NCBI GenBank assembly: GCA_964016885.1 | Contig: OZ024747.1 | Coordinates: 92,318,001 to 92,382,000 of the forward strand | DNA: 64,000 bases | Reading direction: 5' to 3' | From: Eledone cirrhosa | Taxonomy: Eukaryota | In this document: positions 33,119 to 45,525 of the stretch, in pieces | How positions within the stretch are numbered: position 1 is the stretch's first letter | Layout: each line of letters begins with the position of its first letter | Program-made: the position numbers and the translations under genes | Notes under the pieces: model-generated | What the model saw: the letters and a program-made list of their open reading frames with translations, nothing else | Databases searched by the model: none | Told to the model about the DNA's origin: nothing

Positions 33119-34463
33119 TGTATTCTATTGTGTAGTATCTTGAAATATTGTGTATTCTATTGTGTAGTATCTTGAAATATTGTGTATTCTATTGTGTAGT
33201 ATCTTGAAATATTGTGTATTCTATTGTGTAGTATCTTGAAATATTGTGTATTCTATTGTGTAGTATCTTGAAATATTGTGTATTCTATTATGTAGTATCT
33301 TGAAATATTGTGTATTCTATTGTGTAGTATCTTGAAATATTGTGTATTCTATTATGTAGTATCTTGAAATATTGTGTATTCTATTGTGTAGTATCTTGAA
33401 ATATTGTGTATTCTATTGTGTAGTATCTTGAAATATTGTGTATTCTATTGTGTAGTATCTTGAAATATTGTGTATTCTATTGTGTAGTATCTTGAAATAT
33501 TGTGTATTCTATTATGTAGTATCTTGAAATATTGTGTATTCTATTGAGCAGTATCTTGAAATATTGTGTATTCTATTGTGTAGTATCTTGAAATATTGTG
33601 TATTCTATTGTGTAGTATCTTGAAATATTGTGTATTCTATTGTGTAGTATCTTGAAATATTGTGTATTCTATTATGTAGTATCTTGAAATATTGTGTATT
33701 CTATTGAGCAGTATCTTGAAATATTGTGTATTCTATTGTGTAGTATCTTGAAATAGTGTGTATTCTATTGTGTAGTATCTTGAAATATTGTGTATTCTAT
33801 TATGTAGTATCTTGAAATATTGTGTATTCTATTGTGTAGTATCTTGAAATATTGTGTATTCTATTGTGTAGTATCTTGAAATATTGTGTATTCTATTATC
33901 TAGTATCTTGAAATATTGTGTATTCTATTGTGTAGTATCTTGAAATATTGTGTATTCTATTGTGTAGTATCTTGAAATATTGTGTATTCTATTATGTAGT
34001 ATCTTGAAATATTGTGTATTCTATTGTGTAGTATCTTGAAATATTGTGTATTCTATTATGTAGTATCTTGAAATATTGTGTATTCTATTGTGTAGTATCT
34101 TGAAATATTGTGTATTCTATTATGTAGTATCTTGAAATATTGTGTATTCTATTGTGTAGTATCTTGAAATATTGTGTATTCTATTATGTAGTATCTTGAA
34201 ATATTGTGTATTCTATTGTGTAGTATCTTGAAATATTGTGTATTCTATTATGTAGTATCTTGAAATATTGTGTATTCTATTGTGTAGTATCTTGAAATAT
34301 TGTGTATTCTATTGTGTAGTATCTTGAAATATTGTGTATTCTATTGAGCAGTATCTGGAAATATTGTGTATTCTATTATATAGTATCTTGAAATATTGTG
34401 TATTCTATTGTGTAGTATCTTGAAATATTGTGTATTCTATTGAGCAGTATCTGGAAATATTGT
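33119..34463. repeat. 32-bp minisatellite tgtattctattgtgtagtatcttgaaatattg, ~42 copies
   Basis: Highly homogeneous tandem array with tatg and gagc variants. Confidence 0.97.
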
Positions 34464-35445
34464 AGATTCCATATCTTCTGTAGGTATTAATATAGAGAAG
34501 GTGTGATCGTTAGTAAATAAATTTAAAGCTTGTTTATTGTATAGTTTATTTTTTCTTTTGTATAAGACATTTTTTTTTTTTGGTAAGGCGCTTATGAAAA
34601 GTTGGTCAATCAAGTTGTTATTCTTGTCTATGAATTCTTTCCAACTGTTTCATATCTGCAATAATCCAAGAGATTAACATTCATCAATATAGTCTCAAAC
34701 TCTGTCTTTTGTTATCTATCTCACACGTAAGAATTATTTGTAAAGGTGCTTATGTATAAGTGCATGTTTATATGTGTATGTGTTTGTTTGTATGTGTGTG
34801 TTATGTATGGCTATGTTTATATATATTTTTCTTTGTGTGAATATATATGTATGTCGTTCAAGTAATGGTTTTTTTATAAAGTTGATGGTTTCCGAGAATA
34901 CAAAGATTTAGATGTGTGTATTAATATTCCTATCAGTTTCAGGGGATTTAGAACGGAACGTGGGATCTTAACTCATGAACCCACTGCCTTGCGTCTTTGA
35001 AATACGTATAACAAAATAAATAGGGATGTACAAATGAAACTTTCTTGTTTATTATATATATGCATATATATATATTTATTTATTTATTTACGTAAAGCAC
35101 GGAGCGTATGCGCACAAACACGCACGCACCGTACATATATTTTATATTTTTTATTACTTTATTACTTTATTATAATTTATATTATGTTTTAACCTTTGTC
35201 TGTATTTTTTTATGTATTTTTTAATGTATTTTTTAATGCTTTTGCATTTTTTGCGTTTGCATTCTTTGTTTTTGTGTGCCATCTATTATATCTGCATCTT
35301 GTTGAAGCCGCTTAGGCCCTGGTATTTAGCAGAGATGCTTAACAACGACAGCATGCACCTATTTCTTCGCCATCTCCAATCTCCCTATCTTTATTTTGAT
35401 TGTTCGTGAGACTAGGTTTTTGTGGAGTTTATACTCAACACTGTA

Positions 35446-35505
35446 TTTATTAGGCTCTGAGGATGCCTGCCAAAAGGTGAGGATGAAACATTGTAAGTAA
35501 ATAAA
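35446..35505 (+). ncRNA. Type I hammerhead ribozyme motif (somewhat degenerate)
   Basis: gct CTGAGGA tgcctgccaaaaggtgaggat GAAA cattg TA agt, with tttatt/aataaa extending stem I. Confidence 0.55.
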
Positions 35506-35561
35506 AACTGTTTGAGTATGTAAGCGTTCTTTGGTTTCTTTTGCATATATATATATATATT

Positions 35562-35659
<98 letters not shown>

Positions 35660-35699
35660 TATAAGTATTAATAAAATAGATGTTCTTTTGATCAATTAC

Positions 35700-35752
35700 A
35701 TTTTATTATACATATTTCGGATGTACAACAGTACGTCCTCATCAGATAAAAT
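35700..35752 (-). ncRNA. Type I minimal hammerhead ribozyme
   Basis: Minus: attttat CTGATGA ggacgtac-tgtt-gtacatcc GAAA tatgta TA ataaaat. Confidence 0.85.
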
Positions 35753-35808
35753 ATAATGATACATGACATACCCTGAGATGTTAAATGGTTAAGATTTAAT
35801 CAAGGTAG

Positions 35809-35958
<150 letters not shown>

Positions 35959-36448
35959 CATATATACACATACATACATACATATATACACATACATACA
36001 TACATATATATATATATAGCGAGAGTCTATGGCTCCGTTAATCTATCGTGATATATATATATATATTCAACATTAACTGGAGCAAATACACTAGAAAATC
36101 GAATTGTCCATTCAAAGTAACAGAAACAACACATGACACCTACCAGAAAACGCTAAATAACTACAACTGGATTTCCAGCAGTGTTGGTACTTCTAAGAGA
36201 CGCCACTATATTTGTGGTCATTCTCAACTGTAGTCAGACTAATAATAAAGCAATTATCACACAGGTCTTAATATATAATCCATTTTCACCTGTGAGTGAT
36301 TGAAAACTATCCCTCTTGTTCTATTTTCTATCTCCATAAACACTGAATCTTTGCGTAGCTCAAGGATTCTATCATGGCACGTTGATCAAAGTAAATTTTA
36401 CCTACTAGTCAAATGAATTCATTTTATCATGTTTCCTTGCACTTCCGT

Positions 36449-36496
<48 letters not shown>

Positions 36497-37097
36497 TGGC
36501 TGCCAACTCGTTTTCGAGTACGCCCACTACTTTATATCCATGTAGGAGAACCCCTACCAATGCGCTGAACGAGTGTGACTTTTTAGTCCAGCCGGCGACT
36601 TGAAAACTCTGGTACAAACACTACACTTGTGACAACTATTGACACATAGTGCTGGGCCCATGGTACCATGTGACGACAAGTGCAGAGAGATCTCCAGATA
36701 TAATGCAATGCCTGTGCCGTGAAGCTTTTATAGTGAGCAAAGGCACTGCACAAAGCCAGTCCCACTCTCTTAACCAAGATTATATTTACCAAAAAGAAGA
36801 ACAAGTCAACATCATTGGATACCATCAGGGTTGCAGGTGTTATATCAGAGTTTTCCTTCTCCTAGAATTCTGCCTTGACAAAGGCTAAGGGGTCATCTCT
36901 CCCGGTGATTTTGGATGGCCATTGACTCTTAAGAGCTCCTTTGCCCTTTGACAGGTTTTGTTTTTAGTCCTGCAGGATGTCCAAAGTCACCCTCCTCAGC
37001 AAGAAACCTTGGTGGGGTTGCCAGTTTAGTCGCCAACGACCCGACCATGAGACAGGTTGTACTGGGATACATGTTACCAGTAGCACCAACTGGTGAC

Positions 37098-37150
<53 letters not shown>

Positions 37151-37160
<10 letters not shown>

Positions 37161-37816
37161 CGTAAAATAAGAAAATCTTTAAAAAAAATTTTTTTTTTAA
37201 ATTTTAACTTACTTACTTAAATTTTCACTCCAACTAATTAGTTTCTGCAATGGGATAAAGACAGTTACGTAATCTAACTGTCGAGAATTCATTGCGTCAT
37301 CAGGGAGTCTATTCTCAGCTAAGTCTCCAGGCAATGCGCGGACACTGGCGGCTCATATAAAAATAATAATAATTCGGTAGATGGAACAGCTAGCGGGGAC
37401 TGAATTCCATGCACTGAAATCCTCACTGCCTCTAGTCAAATGGCCGATTCTAAAGAATCAATCACGTGACACAGAGGCTAGTCAGAAGGAATGGGATGGT
37501 AAGATGACAGACGCCTACTAACACCCCCAAAAAAAATTTTTTTAGAAGTGGTTTTGGCAGGTTTGCTCGACAAATCAGTGATTTGGAGATAAATATAGAT
37601 AATTTAATATATCAACTAACATAAGCGCACAGATGTACGCTTATGCCAGCAAATACACAGGTTATGTCATAGTACCTAGGTGGTTCAATGCAGGAGGATG
37701 CAGAACAATAATATAAAAGACGTAAAATAAGAAAATCTATGACATAACCTGTGTATTTGCTGGCATAAGCGTACATCTGTGCGCTTATGTTAGTTGATAT
37801 ATTAAATTATCTATAT
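37151..37816 (-). mobile_element. Penelope-like pLTR / retrozyme insertion: 560-bp unit, 28-bp overrun and 80-bp inverted arm between (TA)n tracts
   Basis: Direct repeat 37151-37178 = 37711-37738; inverted repeat 37593-37672 vs 37737-37816; HHR inside. Confidence 0.75.
37227..37308 (-). ncRNA. Type I hammerhead ribozyme with extended stem II
   Basis: Minus: actcc CTGATGA c gcaatg...gacagtta/taactgtc...cattgc a GAAA ctaattag TT ggagt. Confidence 0.8.
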
Positions 37817-37948
37817 ATATATATATATATATATATAAGCAAAAGGGATATTTAATTTGTTGGTAATTCAACAAATATATATCCAGGAAAAACTTGAACC
37901 GTTAACATCTTCTTCCTGGATATGTCAATATTTATAAAACAAACTTTG

Positions 37949-38015
37949 TATTTTATCTGATGAGAGCGTACCAATACCAAAGTTTTTTTACCCTTGAAAT
38001 ATATATAATAGAATA
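37949..38015 (+). ncRNA. Type I minimal hammerhead ribozyme
   Basis: tattttat CTGATGA gag...ctt GAAA tatata TA atagaata. Confidence 0.75.
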
Positions 38016-38055
38016 AATATGGTTTTATAAATATAGTTTCCATTTATTTAATATC

Positions 38056-38116
<61 letters not shown>

Positions 38117-39109
38117 TGAAAAACAAAACCCGTCAAGGGTCAGAGGAACTATAATTAAATGTATGGATTAACATTAATAACATTGCATATAGAGGATGTG
38201 TTTATTTACCCTAGAAATATATCTATTTTACCATGCAAACAACTATACGGTATTACATAGCTCACCATATACAGGGTAGACAGCAATCTAATAAAACCTT
38301 TGATATATTTTGGGAGGGTAGACTGTATCTAAGATTAAATTAATATAAATATATAACACTTTGTATGAGAAATGCAATTATGGCACCTTATAATATTTGA
38401 TAGGCAACTTTCTAATGATACCTTAACGTATTAGGAGAGAGTGGACTGGGTTTATGATTGAATTAAATATAGTTTCTATATTAGGCCCTCAATTATAACA
38501 CTATATAAAATCCCTTAGAACAATGAGTTTAATTAGTATTACAATGAGCTAGTTACCTCCCCTTACGCATTAGCTCCCCTTATTTACATTCCCACTTCCG
38601 GATATTAAACAGTAGAAGAATCACCCAGCTCTACAAACATAATATACTATAACAAACACTCAATACATATATACCGTGACAAATGTAATGGATGTGAACC
38701 TGGATCTTTCTTATTCTGCACACACGCATATTTGATCTACACAGAAGATATCTGCGCATTGAAACCACCATAATATATTAACACATATATTAACACACAT
38801 GCTATAAGTGCTTGTATTTTGTACGCAACACCCAGCGCTCATATATGCCTGATACTTTTGCTTGTTCAATTGCTTTATATGACTAACGTACGTACTGTCT
38901 CTTTAATTTAATTTTATTTATTTACTAGACGCTCTTATATTATCTGCCACACGTGCCCCACCAAAAGCTTGTAATTTTAATTTTGAATCTTATTGTACAA
39001 TTTATCATAATATATGTCGCATCCATCCCACACTGTTGTCCACAATATGTATCTGTATGATTCTTCAGCGGAATAGGAGGCTGATTATATGTATAAACAT
39101 TGCTAATAA

Positions 39110-39156
39110 TGCTCCGAAGACTCCAAGCCTAGGCTTGGAAGAAACAATCGTCAGCA
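39110..39156 (+). ncRNA. Type I minimal hammerhead ribozyme, CCGAAGA core variant
   Basis: tgct CCGAAGA c tccaagcc-ta-ggcttgga a GAAA caatcg TC agca. Confidence 0.75.
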
Positions 39157-39201
39157 ATTAAATGTTCTAACATAGCTTTGATTCTTGTCTATTCTATATA
39201 G

Positions 39202-39285
<84 letters not shown>

Positions 39286-40024
39286 CACATCTAGAGGAAA
39301 TCACACTTAAAATTGGGTTGTTTTAAAGTCTATAGAAATCTTTAATTTATAATTAGTTGGACATCTACTACAAATAAATTATGGCTACTTACACGAACGA
39401 TTTGCTGGATGATCAATGACTTCACTTTTTTCATAAATTTCGTATTTCGTTTCTCCTGCTTGATAAAATAATTATCAGATTCTAAATGAGATGGAGAGTC
39501 CTGATTATGCGTCCCATCGAAATGTCTTTACACATACGTAAAAGTAAAGCTGAACACAGCTGTTTTCCAACACGCTGATGCGTGTATACAACAGGTTTGA
39601 TATGAAGTCAAATTATTTAGATAAAAGACAAGGGAATGTTTAGAACTGAATAAAACCTTTTGTTTTTAAATATAAATACTAAATAAACCGGGACTGATAA
39701 TGTTAATTAAGCTTTGTTTTTAGCCAAGAAACACCCCTGAAGAGAAAAATGAACAAAAACTAAGAGGAAAATATAATATATATCATACATACAAACCTAT
39801 GTTTTATTCTCTAAAATCCTGTGTGCGTGCGCGCGCGTATTGTGTGTGTATGTGTGTGTGTGCATACATTTATATGTATGGGTATGTAAATATAAATGCG
39901 CAATCACAGACACAAAAAATACACACTCACACATACACATTTACACAAACACACACACACAGCGTAGTTTTTTTACCATCCCCTTCCTTCCTTTTACACA
40001 TACATACATTCACGCAGGCAGCAG

Positions 40025-40607
40025 GCGTAAATAGAAAGGAGTAGTATGAGGTAGTCAAACTATTTATCTCTCTTTACGTGTTGTGACAGAATCGCAACAG
40101 ACGTAAAGAGAGGAGTAGTATGAGGTAATCAAACTACTCCTCTCTCTTTACGTGTTGTGACAGAATCGCAACAGACGTAAAGAGAGGAGTAGTATGAGGT
40201 AATCAAACTACTCCTCTCTCTTTACGTGTTGTGATAGAATCGCAACAGACGTAAAGAGAGGAGTAGTATGAGGTAATCAAACTACTCCTCTCTCTTTACG
40301 TGTTGTGACAGAATCGCAACAGACGTAAAGAGAGGAGTAGTATGAGGTAATCAAACTACTCCTCTCTCTTTACGTGTTGTGATAGAATCGCAACAGACGT
40401 AAAGAGAGGAGTAGTATGAGGTAATCAAACTACTCCTCTCTCTTTACGTGTTGTGACAGAATCGCAACAGACGTAAAGAGGGGAGTAGTATGATGTAATC
40501 AAAATACTCCTCTCTCTTTTCGTGTTGTGACAGAATCGCAACAGACGTAAAGAGAGGAGTAGTATGAGGTAGTCAAACTACTCCTCTCTCTTTTCGTGTT
40601 GTGACAG
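40025..40607. repeat. 74-bp tandem repeat (~8 copies) whose unit is a hairpin
   Basis: Unit tcaaactactcctctctctttacgtgttgtga-cagaa-tcgcaacagacgtaaagagaggagtagtatga-ggtaa. Confidence 0.95.
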
Positions 40608-41217
40608 CAGAATCACAGAAATTTATATATAGATGTTTTCATTACAAGATGGTGGTAAGTTGTAGACTTTTGCTAACAGAATTATATTTGGGTTGTCAAT
40701 GATCTAATGAGTTCCTTTTTCAGTGAAAAATAGCCTTCTTTATAAACATATACAATACGTGTGTGCATATCTGTATTTGTGTGTATTTCCTCTCATTTAT
40801 GGCATTTATAGTCCTTTCCTCTACTTTCCCATGCAGCCAGATCTACCCTTCTTTACCCCTTCCCCTTTTTCTCATTACTTAATTTGTTTTTATCTCTCTT
40901 TTTCATATTTATATAATTATCAATTGTTTTTAAGCCAACATTGTGAGTTTAATCTGAATGAAATTTCGGCTTCCATTTTTAAAAAGAAATTACTAAAAAC
41001 TTCCATCAAATAAAAAGAAAAACGGTTCCAAATAAACAATTTAAATCAATTTCAACTATTGACTTTACAAATTTGAACTTGTGGCTAAGAAAAAAGCTAA
41101 ATATATTGTTATTGTCTGTTCAGACTGTTCGTGTATATGTGTCAATACGTTTGAAGGCGTCTGTCAGTATATGCATACATGTAGCAGGCGTTGATGATGA
41201 ATTTATTTACATTTAGT

Positions 41218-41305
41218 CTCGCGAGCTGGAGTGGCTCTTCCGGCGCGTCTCCCTCGCCATCCTCCTGGGAAACACCTTCTCTATTATGTCCGCCGGGGCC
41301 CCCAT
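41218..41305 (+). mobile_element. CRE-clade non-LTR element, extreme 3' fragment
   Basis: RELEWLFRRVSLAILLGNTFSIMSAG, like the CRE C-terminal (W/F)LFQRLSxAxQRGNA motif. Confidence 0.65.
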
Positions 41306-41647
41306 TTGCTCATCATAGTGAGAGATGGGGAGAGTGGGAGAGACGAATGTAGTGACAGTGGGAGTTTGGTTCCTTTGTGTTCGGACCTGGTGTATATATA
41401 TGCTTCACAGACACACACTCACACAGGAAACATTGTCATTCATTTATATTACAACCTAAATTAAATAAGTCTACTGAATGAAGTACACTAACATTCTCAG
41501 TTCATTAAAATGTGCCTCTTAACTGGAAGAAAAAAGACAGCAACCTAGAGGTTAAAAAGATTTAACTTTACAAAAACATTAATCTACAAATTTGGAGGGG
41601 AATTTGATATTTGTTAGCAGGAGAATTGACAGCTAGGGAGATATCTC

Positions 41648-41827
41648 TATTTACCGGCGTCGAAGACGCTACTTTTTTCCTAAAATAAGTCTCAAAAATC
41701 TACCACGCGTCCTGGAGGCCGAAGGTTGTTTATTATTTTTTTTTTTCAAATTTTTTTTTCAAATTTTTGGTTGTTAAAATTAGGGTGCATCCTCGAGGAC
41801 GAAGCGTCTTCAGCGCCGGGAAATACA
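41648..41827. mobile_element. pogo/Tigger-like MITE
   Basis: Inverted ends tatttaccggcgtcgaagacgct / agcgtcttcagcgccgggaaata. Confidence 0.65.
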
Positions 41828-42239
41828 AATACAAATATCCAAATCTCAGGCCTACTTTATCAACCGACAAAGATTTTTACAACTAGAAGTAAATGAGTTA
41901 CGAAAGGTTTTAAGGCAGCAGTAATCTGAATAATTAAAATATAAATTAAGGAAAATAACTTAAGGAGGTTATTGGCGAGGATTTAGATAAATCAGCTATG
42001 AGGTGATGCACGTAATGATGTACCCTAGATATTTTGAGGAGAGAAAGGCAGATCTACCAACCTCTAAAAACCCAAACGGGAGTACCATGAAAAAAGTGCC
42101 CCAAAACGGGGAGAAATGAGGCAAAATGAGGAGACCTTACATAATGAAAGCTATAGCCATTTTCACAAGAGAAGACATCTATCCTCCACCCCAAAGGTTA
42201 TTGCAAATCTCCCCATCGGACGGGGTATCGGAAGAGGTA

Positions 42240-42612
42240 AGTTATTCTTAGATTGGAGATCGGGTTCGATAGCTTGCAATAGAGTTAACTTCTGTTAAAG
42301 CACCGAAAGGTCATGCTGGAGAGTTAAAACAGGCCATGGATTAAATATATGACCCAGAAACAACAATGCTTCCTCTGACCGACTTCCACACAGTTTTCTT
42401 CAACTAAATTATATTTACTGAGCTTTGGCCACGTGGAAAGATTGAAATTATATAGTTGCGAAGTAAGATTTTTAACTACACAGCTGTCTGTGCCTATAAT
42501 TCTTTTATTCTTTTATTGATTTCAGTCATTAGACTGCATCCATGCTGAATCACTACCTTAATTTACTCGATCATATCGACCCCGTTACTATATTTGCAAG
42601 TCTGGTACTTGA
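42240..42612 (-). mobile_element. Old SINE fragments of other families
   Basis: tRNA-like head near 42455-42495 and tail motifs (gatttcagtcattagactgc) recalled from octopus SINEs. Confidence 0.45.
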
Positions 42613-43720
42613 GAAAGACACTTTATTAAACGTTTCTGTAGTCCACACAGTTGGCAGAAATAAATTGTATCTGTAATACAACGGAACAACCATGTCCAAC
42701 CCTGTGTTATACTGAATCTCCCTGAGAACTACGTTAAAGGTACACAAATCTGTGGAATCTTCAGCCATATTCACGTTAAACGCATTAGCAATCTGTTCTG
42801 TTGATCGAATCCACTGAAGCACTCATCGTCAGAACCGACGGCGGTCCAACACAAGGAATTATTTATTGCTTCTTATTTCTAAATGAATATTCTATGCATT
42901 TGTGAGATATACACGAGAATGTTTGTATGGGTGTACAGTGATATGGATGTACGTTTTCCGGCGTACATAGCAGTACTATGTATGTACATAGTGTGTGTCC
43001 AGACTAAAGATTCTTGGTTGATGCGCATGCTTAAATATTAGAGTTATGTATGTGTGTAAAAATGTCTGACTGAGCTTTGTCATACATTATAATTTATTCA
43101 ATTCATATCTATGTATGTTCTATGCAGTTTATGTATGTATATCGTCATACACATTGAAGAGTCAGTATGTTTGTATGTGTGTATGTTTCCGCCATGTTAT
43201 TACATGAAACGTTGGTCGCTACCGAAGGAATATTGAATAAGGTGATAAAGATCGCTCTAAAATCACTGGTTTAATCTACTTCACACTATCTCTACTATCG
43301 ACAACAAATTATTCTTTTGTACTCGCTCCTCTTAAACTTCAAAGCTACTACCGTGAATCTGGATATGATCGTACAATATCGGAGATCTGGCGGAGAGGGG
43401 CGGAAACATACTATTTAATGTTTGTTAGATGTCTGCTGAGCAGAATTATCTCATAAAAAGATTAAAAAAAAACACATTAACTGAAATTATGAATGACATT
43501 AAAAAGGAACGGGAGCAATATTTGCTGCTGTCTTGTTATGTGTACATATGCGAAATATGTAAACGATATACACATGTATGTGTTTATATATTTTGTTGCT
43601 TACGCAGGCATACACAATTGCACACACATATGCAGGCGCTCGCATGCTTTGCACAAACACACACACATACATACATACATACGTACATACATACATACGT
43701 ACAGAGACATACAATTATAC

Positions 43721-43800
<80 letters not shown>

Positions 43801-44289
43801 ATAGATAGATAGGTAGAGAGATAGATAGAAACTGTATAGAAACAGGCATTTCTACAACATATTCTGCAGATACTCATAAAGACGAGCAGCATTAAAATGC
43901 ATTGAAAATAGTTCTCAAATATTATATATAGGTGGACATATATATATAGACAATGGTATTGACACAGATGAGTACACAGCGAGAGGCAGAAAGGAAATAT
44001 TACCTGGTTCTAATAGAAACGTTTATATGAATACAATCGTAGATTTCTACACGTAAATGTAACATCAATCTCGATATTGTTCTATTTTGCCTATCTCTAT
44101 TGAGTGCCTTACCAATTATCAATAGTTCTGTTCGCCTAACTGTAAATAGCAGAGATGTATAAAAACCAACGTGATTCTATATTGCTCAAATCATCGCCGA
44201 ATCTCTACACTGATCTATTGCTCTTTTATTCACATAAAAGTGAAATGAAAAGTAGGACAAAGGTTCCATTGCTAATAATATCTGACTGA

Positions 44290-44389
44290 CACATGGTGTC
44301 CTAAAAAATTGTATACACACTTTGATTACATGTACAGGCAATATTTATTAGAATGCTGTTGAAGTGTGTATACATTTTTGGGGACAGCC

Positions 44390-44390
<1 letters not shown>
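44290..44390. mobile_element. Tc1/mariner-type MITE; inverted second copy at 55112-55217
   Basis: ca(g)ggtgtccc...aaaatgtat TIRs, TA flank at the 55.1 kb copy, shared internal acaggcaatat(t/c)tattagaatg. Confidence 0.75.
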
Positions 44391-44442
<52 letters not shown>

Positions 44443-44474
44443 TTATATATATGTATATATTGTTATTATTATTG

Positions 44475-44637
44475 GTAGTGTCGGACACCATGCTTTGTAG
44501 CATAGAGTTATGGCCCCTTACGTTCTGAGTTCAAATCCTGCCGAGGTGAACATTGCCTTTCATCCTTACGGGGTCGATAAAATAAAGTACCAGTAATGCA
44601 CTGGGTAATTGCTGGCCTTGTGCCAAACGTAGAAACA

Positions 44638-44668
<31 letters not shown>
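44475..44668 (+). mobile_element. SINE copy (short form) with long (ATT)n tail
   Basis: SINE motifs. Confidence 0.88.
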
Positions 44669-44669
44669 G

Positions 44670-44912
44670 GACGGATAGAATTCCTGAGATCTATGGACGA
44701 GTTCTTCCAGTAGTCTGTCCTTCACCATCGCCGCTATGTCCTGCGTCTCCCGGTGACCAGTGTCTGTCCTTAGGGCGATATATATCATCCTTGGTCTCCC
44801 TCTTCCAACGCGCCCGTGTAGGGGGCTCCAACAGGACCACTGAATGCAGTGTCAGCTCTGAATGTCGGTAAGCATGTCCAGCTAACCTCGCCCTCGTCAG
44901 TGTCACTTTCAA
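44670..44912 (-). mobile_element. RTE-like LINE 3' fragment
   Basis: RARLAGHAYRHSELTLHSVVLLEP resembles RxRxAGHxxR...LLWxP. Confidence 0.6.
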
Positions 44913-45043
44913 GCTGACTTTTAATGACCAGCAAATAGATGCAGTGGATAAATAGGAACCAAATGATTAACCGATAAATTAAGTAAGCAATTGGAATAAA
45001 GAAATTATGATTCACATAAAGCAATGAGAAGGATAGTCTGAAA

Positions 45044-45294
45044 CAGGCATGTCAAACTAAGGATCCCCGAGGGCCGCATGGGTCACATATGTGTTGTCTG
45101 AGGGCCACATGGGTCACATATATGTTGTCTGAGGGCCACATGGGTCACATATGTGTTGTGTCTGCGGGCCACACATGACAACTAATTACGCACAATACAA
45201 CTAATAATTTTTATTTTATATTACGCTTACGCTGTAAAAACCTTTGTGTGGGCCGCAGGTGTGCTTGTAAAGGGCCGCATATTTGACATGCCTG
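45044..45294. mobile_element. hAT (Charlie-like) MITE
   Basis: TIRs caggcatgtcaaa / tttgacatgcctg, degenerate 8-bp TSD gtctgaaa/atctaaaa, internal ~31-bp repeats x3. Confidence 0.85.
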
Positions 45295-45363
45295 ATCTAA
45301 AACACAAAAATCGGCTCAACTGCCGTTTTTTGGGAAAATAACAAACTGAATTGAATTCTTTAT

Positions 45364-45525
45364 GGGCGGTGAATTGGCAGAGTCGTTAGAACGTCGGATA
45401 GGCTGCTTTGTGGTATTAGATCTGGCTCATTGTTCTTTTAGTTCAAATCCCGCCGCGGTCAACTTTGCCTTTCATCCATTCGAGGTCGATAAAAAAAATT
45501 CCTAGTCTAGTACTAGGGTCGACTC
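45364..45525 (+). mobile_element. Older SINE copy
   Basis: Diverged SINE motifs. Confidence 0.75.

Noticed and set aside
33119-34463. CRISPR-like 32-bp periodicity (also considered for the 26- and 74-bp arrays)
   Set aside because: No unique spacers, no cas genes, eukaryotic context
34990-35020. gaaa tacgta ta acaaaata, like an HHR 3' half
   Set aside because: No recognisable CUGANGA half upstream; at most a remnant
40047-40065. tgaggtagt resembling the let-7 5' end
   Set aside because: Only 9 nt match; the rest differs and it is part of the 74-bp repeat
40633-40660. Possible 22-nt micro-exon ag|ATGTTT...GGTG|gtaagt
   Set aside because: No polypyrimidine tract or partner exons; cannot be supported without RNA data
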